A stretch of 50,325 nt of DNA, taken from contig LT649269.1 in the NCBI GenBank assembly GCA_900128395.1, positions 1-50,325 on the forward strand, written 5' to 3'. The position numbers and the translations under genes were made by a program. The stretch is from Stramenopiles sp. TOSAG23-2. Its lineage: Eukaryota. Below are positions 1-10,490 of the stretch, piece by piece; within the stretch, counting starts at the first letter, position 1, and each line of letters begins with the position of its first letter. The notes under the pieces were generated by a model. It was not told the origin of the DNA and searched no databases. It worked only from the letters and a program-made list of their open reading frames with translations.

Positions 1-35
1 TAAATAATATTAATAATATAATAGATCTAAATACA

Positions 36-281
36 ATGTCAAAAGTATTTATTGGCAACTTACCATATCAAGCATCCGAGATAGATATTCATGCGTTAGT
101 TGAAAAATTTGGATCCATAATGGAAATTATCATTTTAAGACGACAAGATGGCACGTCTCGTGGTGCTGGATTTGTCAAATTTTACAGTCCAAATGATGCT
201 ATTAAATGTGTAAATGCATTGAATAATGTTTCGTATGGTAATAGAACGTTGAATTTAAAATTAGAGAAATCATATAAGTAG
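36..281 (+). CDS. Single-RRM RNA-binding protein (81 aa)
   Basis: RNP2 (KVFIGNLP) and RNP1 (RGAGFVKF) motifs. Confidence 0.85.
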   Translation: MSKVFIGNLPYQASEIDIHALVEKFGSIMEIIILRRQDGTSRGAGFVKFYSPNDAIKCVNALNNVSYGNRTLNLKLEKSYK

Positions 282-337
282 GTGATATATCATATTAATA
301 TATATATATCTAATAGTTCAATAAATAAAATCAACGT

Positions 338-412
338 GGTCAAAATCTAAGTTATAATAATTTTACTTCCCGTGCTAAGTAATATATGCTCAATATTCAA
401 TCTCAAGAATAT
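338..412 (+). repeat. Dispersed intergenic repeat, copy 1
   Basis: aaaatctaagttata..aattttacttcccgtgctaagtaatatatgctcaatattcaatctcaagaatat; reverse complement resembles 25833-25895 and 46498-46590. Confidence 0.75.
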
Positions 413-845
413 AATAGCATATCATACGTATGATATGATATATATATATGAAGATCCTTGTATGATACTGCACAGTATCCATAAATTTAGCAATTTAGGA
501 CAAGAAAGGAGAAGGAGAAAGGGGTGAAAAAGTAAGAGAAAATTGTGTGCACGTACATGGTACATCTAGTGTGTGTAAAAGTCGGTATTAAAAATATAAC
601 GAAAAGCGTACCGAACGGGGGGGGGTATTTTAAAAAAGTATTTAACCATGTGTGGGAATCACTTTATTTTAATATTTTTTTTACATTTTTTTTTTTTTTC
701 GCACTCCACCAGAGTAATATTAAATTATGAAAATATTACAAAGATACCGCACGTGTGTCTTCGTAACACACAACCACATACACGCACAATAATAAATAAT
801 ATTTCTTTTATAAACATTTTCAATCCCATACGTACTTCGTATGTT

Positions 846-2747
846 TTAACTTTCATCCATCATCTTTCGATTCCTTCTACCATTGCCTTTATCATCGTTA
901 TTATCTCTTCTACCTTTTCCTCCCTTTTCAGCAGTTGTTGGACGGCTATTATCTTTTTGTGCAGCTGGTTGTTGTGTTCTTTGCCTATCTGGGCTCAATG
1001 TTGCACCACGTAACAATAAATGTTCTTGGTTTCTTGGTGTTGATGGTCTTACACGTACATTATGCTTATTATTTGCTATTAACTCATCCATAATATTATT
1101 TAAATCTGTCTTTGGTTGCATTTCCGCTGCACCTTCTTCACCACCTTGTGGTCTACGGTGGCCAGCTTCAGCACCTTCGTCTAAAACTTCCATTAAACGC
1201 GTCAATCGATTTTCAATAGATTGAATCTCACGAACAGTTGCTTCAATACCACTGTTGCCATTAGCATTCATTGTATCTGATGCTTTACCACCACCACCTT
1301 CATTGCCTTGTGGTTTGCTGCGCGAGCCACTTCTTCCACCGCCACTATTGTGTGTTGGGGATACCGGCGTTTCAACGTCAATATGTACTAATTTCTGTGC
1401 CATGACACTTATACTTTGTCGAATTTCCAAAATGATTTTCTCCACCCGTTCATGTTCCTCTCTAACAACTTTTAAGCGTCTAACAAATTCATCTTGTGAT
1501 TTGGATAATTTATCAATCATATCACGATTAAAATCAGTTGCACCTGTACCAGAAAATTTAACTGCTTCCATTTTACGTAAAAGTTCAGATTTACGGTTGC
1601 GCAATTGCTCCGTTTTTAAACGTTTTTTGTCGATTTCATTTTGCATCTCAATGCCATAATGCTCGCGTTGGTTCAATCGTTCTACGATGTCATCAACACT
1701 TGATAAGCCAGTTGCTAAACGTATTTCTTGGAATGTTTTTTGATAAAATTCTAATTTATCTTTTATTTGATCCAGCGTCATATTATTTGTCCTTGCTGCT
1801 ATTGCGCTATTACTTTTTTTATTGCGGTCATGCTCTTTCTGCTCCCGTTTCGATTCCTCCAATGCAGCCTGTCGTTCCCTTCGTTTTTTCTCTTCCAAAT
1901 TGACTTTTTGCTCTTCTCGTTTCCGTGCAACTTGCCTTCTATCTTCCAATTGATTTTCCCAACGGACTTTTTCTTGATTTACTAAATGTTTTGAACGTGC
2001 TAATTCTCTTTCCTCTCGTGCTTTTGCCATGCGTACTTCTACTGCCATGGCACGAACTTCGCCAGCTTCCTCCCGCCTTACTGTTAACGCTTCTTCGTAC
2101 GCACGCAATGTATTGTCATAGGTCAAACGTTCTTCTTTTAAACGATTGCACATATATAATAAAGTACGACGATATGCTAGTGTATCACCTAACTGTTTTT
2201 TTGCACTTTCTAACTCATTTCTTTGTGTATTAATAAGTTCCATACCTTTTCGCCTATTTTCCTCCACATCATCTTCTCGTTTCAAGTTAACAAGTCGATC
2301 CCGCAACGTTTGTAAATCTTTATGCATTTTACGATGCGCTTCTCTTAATGAATTATATACATCACGGGATTGTCTAACTTCCAACTGTAAGATATGTACC
2401 CTATCAACATATTTATCTCCTGAGCTTTCTTCACCCTCTAAATGTGGCTCCTTTGTTTCTTTCTTTTTTGTTGAGCCACCTATACCACTGCCAAGGCCAG
2501 TCGTAGATTGGGAGCCACGTTGATTTTTACTAAGCTTTGATGATTTACCTAAAGCAGCAGTAGATTTAGACTTTACGATTTTTGGTAACGGTGAACTAGT
2601 TGGCCTTGTACCACCAATTTCTGTAAAATCAGGACGTCCAGGCCCAGGTTTCAATCCACTACGTCTAGCCCTTTGACGTTTCTTGACTTCCCTCGTCTCG
2701 GCTAAAATTTGTTGATCCAAACGTAACGGCGCAACTTCATCCGACAT
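846..2747 (-). CDS. Coiled-coil outer dynein arm docking-complex-like protein (CCDC151/ODA3-DC1-like)
   Basis: Long coiled coil with 'FQEIRLATGLSSVDDIVERL' and 'EAVKFSG', resembling ODA-DC family motifs. Start moved to ATG 2747 (MSDEV) because the upstream extension is TA/CA microsatellite. Confidence 0.6.
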   Translation of the reverse strand: MSDEVAPLRLDQQILAETREVKKRQRARRSGLKPGPGRPDFTEIGGTRPTSSPLPKIVKSKSTAALGKSSKLSKNQRGSQSTTGLGSGIGGSTKKKETKEPHLEGEESSGDKYVDRVHILQLEVRQSRDVYNSLREAHRKMHKDLQTLRDRLVNLKREDDVEENRRKGMELINTQRNELESAKKQLGDTLAYRRTLLYMCNRLKEERLTYDNTLRAYEEALTVRREEAGEVRAMAVEVRMAKAREERELARSKHLVNQEKVRWENQLEDRRQVARKREEQKVNLEEKKRRERQAALEESKREQKEHDRNKKSNSAIAARTNNMTLDQIKDKLEFYQKTFQEIRLATGLSSVDDIVERLNQREHYGIEMQNEIDKKRLKTEQLRNRKSELLRKMEAVKFSGTGATDFNRDMIDKLSKSQDEFVRRLKVVREEHERVEKIILEIRQSISVMAQKLVHIDVETPVSPTHNSGGGRSGSRSKPQGNEGGGGKASDTMNANGNSGIEATVREIQSIENRLTRLMEVLDEGAEAGHRRPQGGEEGAAEMQPKTDLNNIMDELIANNKHNVRVRPSTPRNQEHLLLRGATLSPDRQRTQQPAAQKDNSRPTTAEKGGKGRRDNNDDKGNGRRNRKMMDES

Positions 2748-3359
2748 GTTTTCACACACACACACACACAAAGATGTATAATACGATAACTTTTGTATAT
2801 ATAATATATATATATATATGTCATACGCGCAGGAACACGGATACACACTAAATCTATATATGAAATATTATTTATAATAAATAATATATTGCTTATTTTT
2901 TGGCAATGGTGTGTACCTGTTAACTAGATTAATAAATGCCGTTGTGTTTCTGTGTGAGTTTATTTTTTCATAACAGTCACATAAATATACATAGCACCTA
3001 TCAAATAAAACAACAAAACAAAATAACTTAAAAATAGGAAACATTTACATATAATATGACGTAATAGAATAAAATAATTAAGGTACATTATTTTAAATAT
3101 ACAATATAATTAAAACATGAAAACATACAATACTATATTACTAACTAGGAACGTATAGCTCTACTCTAAGAATGCATAAAAAATAATAGAAAGAGTGGGT
3201 GCTAGTTGTATGTTGTATACTTGTAAACCGAATTTACTAAGCGCTAGTTGTAGTGTAAGTATTAATAATCGCATTTACGGTGAGTGCGAATATATCCAAC
3301 AAATCAACAATATATACTCTACAATAACATATGATGTTCATAGTAAACTAATAAGACGA

Positions 3360-6188
3360 CTATAATCTCGTGTTCGCACTAACTGCACTACCAGACGCAC
3401 TATCCACGTCACTTAAAATAGTACCAGTAACATGATATGTATCTGCAGCTCTACAAATGAAATCCAAATTTGTCCCAGCTTTTCCAGGCTTAGTACCATC
3501 ACCAGCTTTTAAATATATAGCATTTGCACCTGATGCCATAACAACACCTTTTGTTTTATATGCTTGTGTATCTTCGGCTAGATATACAAAACCAGAAAAA
3601 ATGTCATTGAGCCCTCCAACGATGGTATATCCAGCGCTAGAACTTTCTAACAATATATGCAATTCAAAATTCCAACCTAATGACGATCCACTGCAATCAG
3701 GCAAAGTTAATGTAAATCCATCCGCTGAATTAAGCAAAACTTTCGAGCCAGAATCAGTTGATGTTAATGTAGTTTGAGCTGTCAGTACTTTCAAACCCCA
3801 ATAGGAGCTAGACAACCCATCCGAATGTCCAAACCGTATATTATCCATTATAACGTCGCCATTGGTTGATGTAAAGGTCAAATCATTGCCAGCAGCACCT
3901 GTATGCGTCATTGTTGTCGCACTTGTTGTAGTTAAAAGGATATCACCCCCAGAATTTGATATTCCGCCAGCAACTATATCAAAATTTCCTGTAACAGTAC
4001 TATCTTGAGCAGCGTGTATACCACCACCAGCAATCATGCTCCCATCACCTTTAACCGACAGTGCATCTGTACCACTCATGTTTTGGTACCAAAACTCAGT
4101 TGCCCCATCTGTTCCATGCGCGGCATAGGTCCAATTTATTGCATTGAAGGTAGTGATAAAGTGCATAAATTCGAATGTATTAGCACTGGCAACGGTAGTG
4201 GTCATTTTTAATAGAGACCCTGTAAATGAACTACTAGCTGTTTGTGTAACAATCATGGCGTTTCCATCAGTGACCGCCAGTCCACTTGTAAAATTGGTAT
4301 TGATTTTAGCATTGAAATATACCAATGGAGTTCCACTTCTTTGTGTTTGATCAATACTATAATCATGTGCCGACAATGGCATTGTTTGGGTTGATGCTTT
4401 TAATGTCGGAAAAACAGTTTTTAAACTGGTGGACATTGTTAATGCAAATGCACCACCAACGTATAACTTTTTTCCTACTGCTAATCCACCAGCTGCAATC
4501 ATCGATCCAGTCAGCTTGTTAGTAGCAGCTGTAGTTATTTTTGAAACCAACGTGCCGACATACAATTTTTTTCCAATTCCAAATCCACCCGTATGCGTTA
4601 ATGTTCCCGTTGTTACACCTGTGCTTTGAACTGTTGAATATAATGCCAACTCTCCAGCCCCAGTCAGTCTGAAGAGTGATGCACCGTTTGCACTTCCCTG
4701 TATCACATTGTAAGCAGCTTCAGTTCCAGTCCCAAGCGTTTCTATTAAGCTGGTATCGTATGTATTGCCAAGGCTATTATATAAACGAACTATCGCGGTA
4801 TTAGACGTCGGTGCATCTAAGGTAATGTGAGATGTCACATTTATTGAATTTCGCAGTCTAGTATCACGCATCGCTGCTAACGTTATATTTCCCGTGCTTG
4901 ACTTCATTCCCCCCAATGCAACTGTTGCCACTCCATCCCCTCGTATATCAACACATTTTTTCGTCCCATGCAATACCGAGAAAAAGCTAAAGTCACTCTC
5001 CTTTTGTTTCTTCGTCTCCAATATCAAAGCGTCTCCTGTATACGATGTATGTGTGAAACTTACAGCTTTCCCTGTAGCATTCTGTACCTCAAGAGCATAG
5101 ATATGATTAAACCTATCACAGTTATGGCCGAAAAATTCATCAGCACAAGTGCATTCCCCAGTTGTAAAATCACATGTACCACGGGCAGAACATATATCAT
5201 TTCTGTAAGTCCCAGTTTGAACATCTGCCCAAACACATGTTGGATCAGTTGCACCAGCATTGTACACTTGACAATGAAATAAATTTATATCCGGTACCCC
5301 ATCATGGTTATATATATTATTTTCCTGTGGTTTTGTTGGCCATGATGTAAACGTAATAGAATATACTGCCCCATTGGTGTTTGTGTCAACCGTGCCTCTT
5401 GTAACATCAACAGTTTTTATATTGCCTAATGCTTCTAGTTCGGTCTTTAAAACACTTGCCGTCGCTGTGTTTGCATTTGAATCTAGGAGAAAATAATGGC
5501 CATAAAATCCTATTCTAAAAGTTCCCGTTAACGCACCACTAGCTGCTCCAGTGGTTAGTTTCACAATATGGTAAACAGTCTCGTTTGTCGCAGGATCATG
5601 CCCCCTTGGACAATTTATTATACTACAATCTGGGCCTAGAAAATTCCAATCGCATATACAACCGTGTGTAAATGGTCCATCCCATAATGAATATAACATA
5701 CCTGTCCCGTCACCATCTGGATCAAATCCTTCTTGTTTTGAAAAATCATTCATGCTGATGCATCGGCCTTTACTATTACAATCAAAATCGCTCACGGTTG
5801 GACACACATTCATTTCGCAAGCGGTTCCTTTGAATCCTTCCATGCATTCGCATAAACCACCAGCACCGCACTTACCAACTCCAGAACATACTACTTCAGT
5901 ATCGTGTGGTGCAGAAATAGTTCGAGTTTTTGAGAAAAAATAAGGACCTTTTGGACAATCACGTTCTGAACAGTCAGGTGCACGACGAAATCCTGTCGGG
6001 CAATCGCAATGGTAACCATTGTGTGCAGTTTCGTTATATCGACATATGCCGATACCACTGCATTCATTTGGACAATCATAAGGCATCCCTTCACTAGAAG
6101 TATGAAAAATATTTGCGTTAAACACAAATACAAAAATATATAAAACTGTTACATTCAGAAACTTACTACAGCCTTTTGTCATTGTCAT
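3360..6188 (-). CDS. Secreted mastigoneme-like (Sig1/Ocm-type) tenascin-EGF protein with Gly/Thr-rich fibre-like C-terminal half
   Basis: Signal peptide; CPNECSGxGxC, DCSERDCPKG, YxxWD..GCICDW and CPRGHDP motifs; paralog of 7093-9984. Likely start MTMTKG at 6188. Confidence 0.75.
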   Translation of the reverse strand: MTMTKGCSKFLNVTVLYIFVFVFNANIFHTSSEGMPYDCPNECSGIGICRYNETAHNGYHCDCPTGFRRAPDCSERDCPKGPYFFSKTRTISAPHDTEVVCSGVGKCGAGGLCECMEGFKGTACEMNVCPTVSDFDCNSKGRCISMNDFSKQEGFDPDGDGTGMLYSLWDGPFTHGCICDWNFLGPDCSIINCPRGHDPATNETVYHIVKLTTGAASGALTGTFRIGFYGHYFLLDSNANTATASVLKTELEALGNIKTVDVTRGTVDTNTNGAVYSITFTSWPTKPQENNIYNHDGVPDINLFHCQVYNAGATDPTCVWADVQTGTYRNDICSARGTCDFTTGECTCADEFFGHNCDRFNHIYALEVQNATGKAVSFTHTSYTGDALILETKKQKESDFSFFSVLHGTKKCVDIRGDGVATVALGGMKSSTGNITLAAMRDTRLRNSINVTSHITLDAPTSNTAIVRLYNSLGNTYDTSLIETLGTGTEAAYNVIQGSANGASLFRLTGAGELALYSTVQSTGVTTGTLTHTGGFGIGKKLYVGTLVSKITTAATNKLTGSMIAAGGLAVGKKLYVGGAFALTMSTSLKTVFPTLKASTQTMPLSAHDYSIDQTQRSGTPLVYFNAKINTNFTSGLAVTDGNAMIVTQTASSSFTGSLLKMTTTVASANTFEFMHFITTFNAINWTYAAHGTDGATEFWYQNMSGTDALSVKGDGSMIAGGGIHAAQDSTVTGNFDIVAGGISNSGGDILLTTTSATTMTHTGAAGNDLTFTSTNGDVIMDNIRFGHSDGLSSSYWGLKVLTAQTTLTSTDSGSKVLLNSADGFTLTLPDCSGSSLGWNFELHILLESSSAGYTIVGGLNDIFSGFVYLAEDTQAYKTKGVVMASGANAIYLKAGDGTKPGKAGTNLDFICRAADTYHVTGTILSDVDSASGSAVSANTRL

Positions 6189-6921
6189 AGTACTAACAGT
6201 AAAAATATTATATATATACATATATATATATTATTATTAAAAAAGAGAGAGGTCCAATATTTTAGTTACTTCTTACAAGCATTATTATATCAACGGAGTG
6301 TGTTTAAATGTAGTAGATGTACTATGTTGATTAGACTATGAAAAAAAATTTCTTCACACGTCGAAAAATAAATTTTACATTAAATGTATTATTATTTATA
6401 ATATATAATAATATAATACGCCACCAAAAAAAAAAAAACAACATCATAATAATATGATGTGTGTCGAGGTGTTTGATGATGGAATATGTATGCTGGTAGT
6501 ATGCTGGTATATTAATAATAGTAAGGCTTTAATGTAGTTTGTATTTGTTACTTTTTGCATTTTATACTACGATATCTGGTAGTTAAATATACAACCTACA
6601 ACCTATTAAGAAATTGTATTAATATAGCATTCCACAGCATTCCAGCTTACAGCATTTTAATTTGTAGCAGTTAAAAACTTGAGCAGCGATTCCTTCAACG
6701 TGATTGGATTATGAAAACTGACATGCTGACAGCAATAGAGCCTCTTGTATTTTTTGATGAGGAATATTAATAAATGGGTGCAATGCTGGCCCGGCTGGCC
6801 TGGAATAAATAACAGGAAAAAAATATCATCAGATAGAAGAAGAATATTATTAATACCACCAACGCCTAATAAATCATATATAAGTAAATATAAATATACA
6901 CATAAATATACAGAGAACCGT

Positions 6922-6954
<33 letters not shown>

Positions 6955-7092
6955 GATCAAACTGTTCGAAGATTTACCCGTGTGTATTAGTTTTACTTAC
7001 CTAACAATTAATGGTTGCCATTACTGCGCTTTCTTGTCAGAAAATATTGATGTGTCAAGAACTTCAAAAATAATTAGATTTACGATTAGAGA

Positions 7093-9984
7093 ATGTCAGG
7101 TTTAAACGTTTTTGTGTCGTCATTTTTTTATATAGTACTATTGTTAGTGGCATATTTTGTATTACCGTCATCTTCACATTGCCCAAACCTGTGCAGTGGC
7201 CATGGAAGTTGTAATGCAACTGACAGTTGCACTTGTTACGAAGGTTGGGATGGAGCAAGGGACTGCTCCCTTCGCGATTGCAAAAGAGGTATAGCATTAT
7301 TTTCGGCTGGTACACATACAACAACTGATAATAATATGGCAGAGTGTTCCAATGCAGGAATTTGCGATAGGTTTACTGGTTTTTGTGTTTGCAAAATTGG
7401 ATTTGTTGGTCCGACTTGTGAAAGGCTAACATGTCCTCCATATTCAGAGGAAGGGGAAGAAAGTGTCGACAATATATGCAATGGCCACGGTACCTGCACA
7501 AGCATTTACGATGCTGGAACTAGGCATGGAGCAGATACAACGGATGGGACAATAGGTGATGGACTTGGACCAGCATACACTGGTTGGGACAAAGACTTTA
7601 TTCACGGCTGTGTTTGTGAATGGGGTTGGGGTGGAAATGATTGTACTTATAGGCTATGTCCGAAGGGTGATGATCCGTTGACGACAGGAACCAATTTGGT
7701 ATTTACGATCACTACCAATGTTGCATCTGGGTCATTGGCCGGATTATGGACTTTAAAATTTGTTGGTCATGAGACAACATTCGAGGCTGACGGTAGTGCA
7801 TTGGCAGATGCAGCTTGTGCAAATGCGATAATGGCGTTGTTGAATGTTGAAACGGCAACTTGTGTCGTTTCTAATGTTGATGGTACCACAAAGGCAGCAA
7901 CAATGACGGTAACAATTACAAAATATCCTGAGCTGGTATTTGAAAATAATATATATAGCCATACTGGCTCACCTGCATTGTCTCAAATATCATGCACAGG
8001 TGGTTTAATAACGTCATCGCCGACAACACCCAGTTGTACCATAGCAATTACTACTGCCGCGACAAATGAATATGCAACTTGTTCAAATAGAGGTGTATGT
8101 GATTTTGCAACAGGGTTGTGCACATGTGGTACAAACTATTATGGCTCTTCATGTGATACACGTGGAACAACGCAGGAAGTTGATGATGCCGCCGCAGCTT
8201 TAATAGTGTCGTCAACAGGTGATTCGTACACAGGTAATGTGATGGAACTTTCTACTACTAGATCGGCTTCATCAGATTTTAATTTTTTAAAAGCAACTGC
8301 TTCTGGAGCAACTGTTTTTAGCATCCAAGGAGATGGTCTGGTCAAAATGACAAATGGTTTAAACATTGAAAAGGGTGGTATAACGCTTGAATCAGGTGGA
8401 ATTACATTAAATGATGGTGTGATAGAAGTTTATGATGATTCAAATAATGCCCTGTTGAAAGCAGGCGCGATAAGCGCTGCTTATACCGGAAACATTTTGC
8501 AATTGGATACAAATAGTGGTAGTTCAACTAATTGGAATTTCTTGAAGTTTAGTAGTGATTTTGTAAACACTGGTGGAACGCAGCAATTTAAAGTCGATGG
8601 CACAGGTCAAGTTTTTATAACGAGTACAGTAGATAGTACCAGTACAACAACTGGGTCATTTCAAACGACTGGTGGAGCTGGTATTGCAAAAACATTATAT
8701 GTCGGAGAAGGTGTTGTTTCATTAGATACTACTACATCGACATCAACAACCACTGGTTCTGTCATTGTTGCTGGCGGCCTTGGTGTAGCAGGTAATTTTT
8801 ACACTGGCGGTGGCATTGTTGTTGAAGATGGTGGTGCGTATTTTGCCAACAGCGCTACTGGGGACGTCGATGTTGTTACATTAACGCAGACTGATAGTGA
8901 TGGATTTACAGGATCTGTTTTGCGATTAGAGGCAACACAAGGATCTGCTACTACATATAATTTAATGGAAGCCTATAGTTCCATAGCCGGTACCCCTGCC
9001 GAAGTCTTTACCATCAGAGGTGATGGGAAAATTACAATTACAGGTGCCTTGTCCGTAACTTCCGGAGGTTTAAATATTACTGCTGGTGGCTTATCAGCCA
9101 CGGGAAACATCGCTTTTGCAGGGGGTGGTATTACAATGTCATCAACAAGTGCACAAGCAATTACTCATACAGGGGCGAATGGTGCTGATTTGACTGTGTC
9201 ATCCACCAATGGTGATGTCTACGTTGAATCAGTTAAAATTAGTGGACATATGATGACGGGCCATCATTATGAAGTTGAAACCATAGGCGTAGATAGGACA
9301 CTTGTAAATAGCGATTCCGGGAAGCGATTTTATCTGAATAATGCTACAGGATTTATCGTTACTTTGCCTGAATGTACAACTAGCACTTTAGGTGCATTTT
9401 TTGAATTCGATGTTCTTGTAGATACGCAGGTAGGGCATTTTGTTCGTTGTTCGGGAACTGATACCATAATAGGTGGTGTACAAACTGTAACTCTGTCTGA
9501 TTCCTTCTACACTGCAGCTGTTGCTGGTGCTCAACAACTTGATTTTCGTGGGCATGGGTTGTGCAGTAACGTTTATGCAACACGGACATGTAAATTGTGG
9601 GCAACAGCAACTTATGGAAATGTAACTAATTGTGATGACAATCCTTGTTCTAATGGGGGAAGTACTTGTAGTGGACTTTTGGCTAACAATTTTGAAGAAA
9701 CATATACAGAGACGTGTACAATTGATCAACAACATTTTTGCTATTTATTAAATACAAAAGCGGCTTGTACTACCCAAGGGGAAGTTGCGGGTGCAAGTAC
9801 GTCAGATGACTTTAGAACAACACCTCAAGTATGGACCAATGGTCCCGGTGGAGACCCTGGGACACGCGTCATGTTAACATGTGTTGCTGATAAAGTATGG
9901 TATGTATCAGGTGTCGTGCTTACTGATGAAACGACATCAACTACGGAAGCTGCTGCATTTACAAGTACGGTTAGTAGACTTTGA
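7093..9984 (+). CDS. Secreted mastigoneme-like (Sig1/Ocm-type) tenascin-EGF protein with fibre-like C-terminal half
   Basis: Signal peptide; CPNLCSGHGSC, ECSNAGICDR, YTGWD..GCVCEW, CPKGDDPLT and CSNRGVCDF motifs typical of stramenopile flagellar-hair proteins. Confidence 0.8.
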   Translation: MSGLNVFVSSFFYIVLLLVAYFVLPSSSHCPNLCSGHGSCNATDSCTCYEGWDGARDCSLRDCKRGIALFSAGTHTTTDNNMAECSNAGICDRFTGFCVCKIGFVGPTCERLTCPPYSEEGEESVDNICNGHGTCTSIYDAGTRHGADTTDGTIGDGLGPAYTGWDKDFIHGCVCEWGWGGNDCTYRLCPKGDDPLTTGTNLVFTITTNVASGSLAGLWTLKFVGHETTFEADGSALADAACANAIMALLNVETATCVVSNVDGTTKAATMTVTITKYPELVFENNIYSHTGSPALSQISCTGGLITSSPTTPSCTIAITTAATNEYATCSNRGVCDFATGLCTCGTNYYGSSCDTRGTTQEVDDAAAALIVSSTGDSYTGNVMELSTTRSASSDFNFLKATASGATVFSIQGDGLVKMTNGLNIEKGGITLESGGITLNDGVIEVYDDSNNALLKAGAISAAYTGNILQLDTNSGSSTNWNFLKFSSDFVNTGGTQQFKVDGTGQVFITSTVDSTSTTTGSFQTTGGAGIAKTLYVGEGVVSLDTTTSTSTTTGSVIVAGGLGVAGNFYTGGGIVVEDGGAYFANSATGDVDVVTLTQTDSDGFTGSVLRLEATQGSATTYNLMEAYSSIAGTPAEVFTIRGDGKITITGALSVTSGGLNITAGGLSATGNIAFAGGGITMSSTSAQAITHTGANGADLTVSSTNGDVYVESVKISGHMMTGHHYEVETIGVDRTLVNSDSGKRFYLNNATGFIVTLPECTTSTLGAFFEFDVLVDTQVGHFVRCSGTDTIIGGVQTVTLSDSFYTAAVAGAQQLDFRGHGLCSNVYATRTCKLWATATYGNVTNCDDNPCSNGGSTCSGLLANNFEETYTETCTIDQQHFCYLLNTKAACTTQGEVAGASTSDDFRTTPQVWTNGPGGDPGTRVMLTCVADKVWYVSGVVLTDETTSTTEAAAFTSTVSRL

Positions 9985-10490
9985 TGTTTGGAGAAATTAT
10001 AAAATAATCAAACTAATTTATAAAATGATAGAATGTTTATAAATGCAAATTAGAACTATTAGGTGTGGCTATAATATGAACTATGCACTATGCACTATGC
10101 ACCATCATATATTATGTATTATAATATTATAATATAAATAGAGCCCTATTATAATATTACTTTCAAAAAATAAATTACTACTACATTAATACAACACACT
10201 GGATACACACTACACTGTACTACTAATAAAAAATTATTTATTAGTATTATTAACATTATTATTTACTATTATTATTATTATTATTACTACTACTGGACTA
10301 CATAATAATATACAAATGGAATACAGCCTTTCTTCTTTCCTTTCTTCTATCTCTAGGTGGTAAGCTACAACTAATTGGAACAAAAACACAACAAAGATTA
10401 CATGTTAAGCTCCAAGTGATACTTTCTAATCAATATCAACACATTTTATGTAAAAAAATATTGAATTATTGAGAATAACAATATAATATA

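Noticed and set aside
545-2523. Many short antisense or alternate-frame ORFs here and across the window
   Set aside because: They are shadows of real genes or low-complexity AT-rich sequence with no recognisable motifs.
9970-9984. C-terminal SRL as a peroxisomal PTS1
   Set aside because: The protein has a signal peptide and disulfide-rich EGF modules; the paralog ends in TRL.
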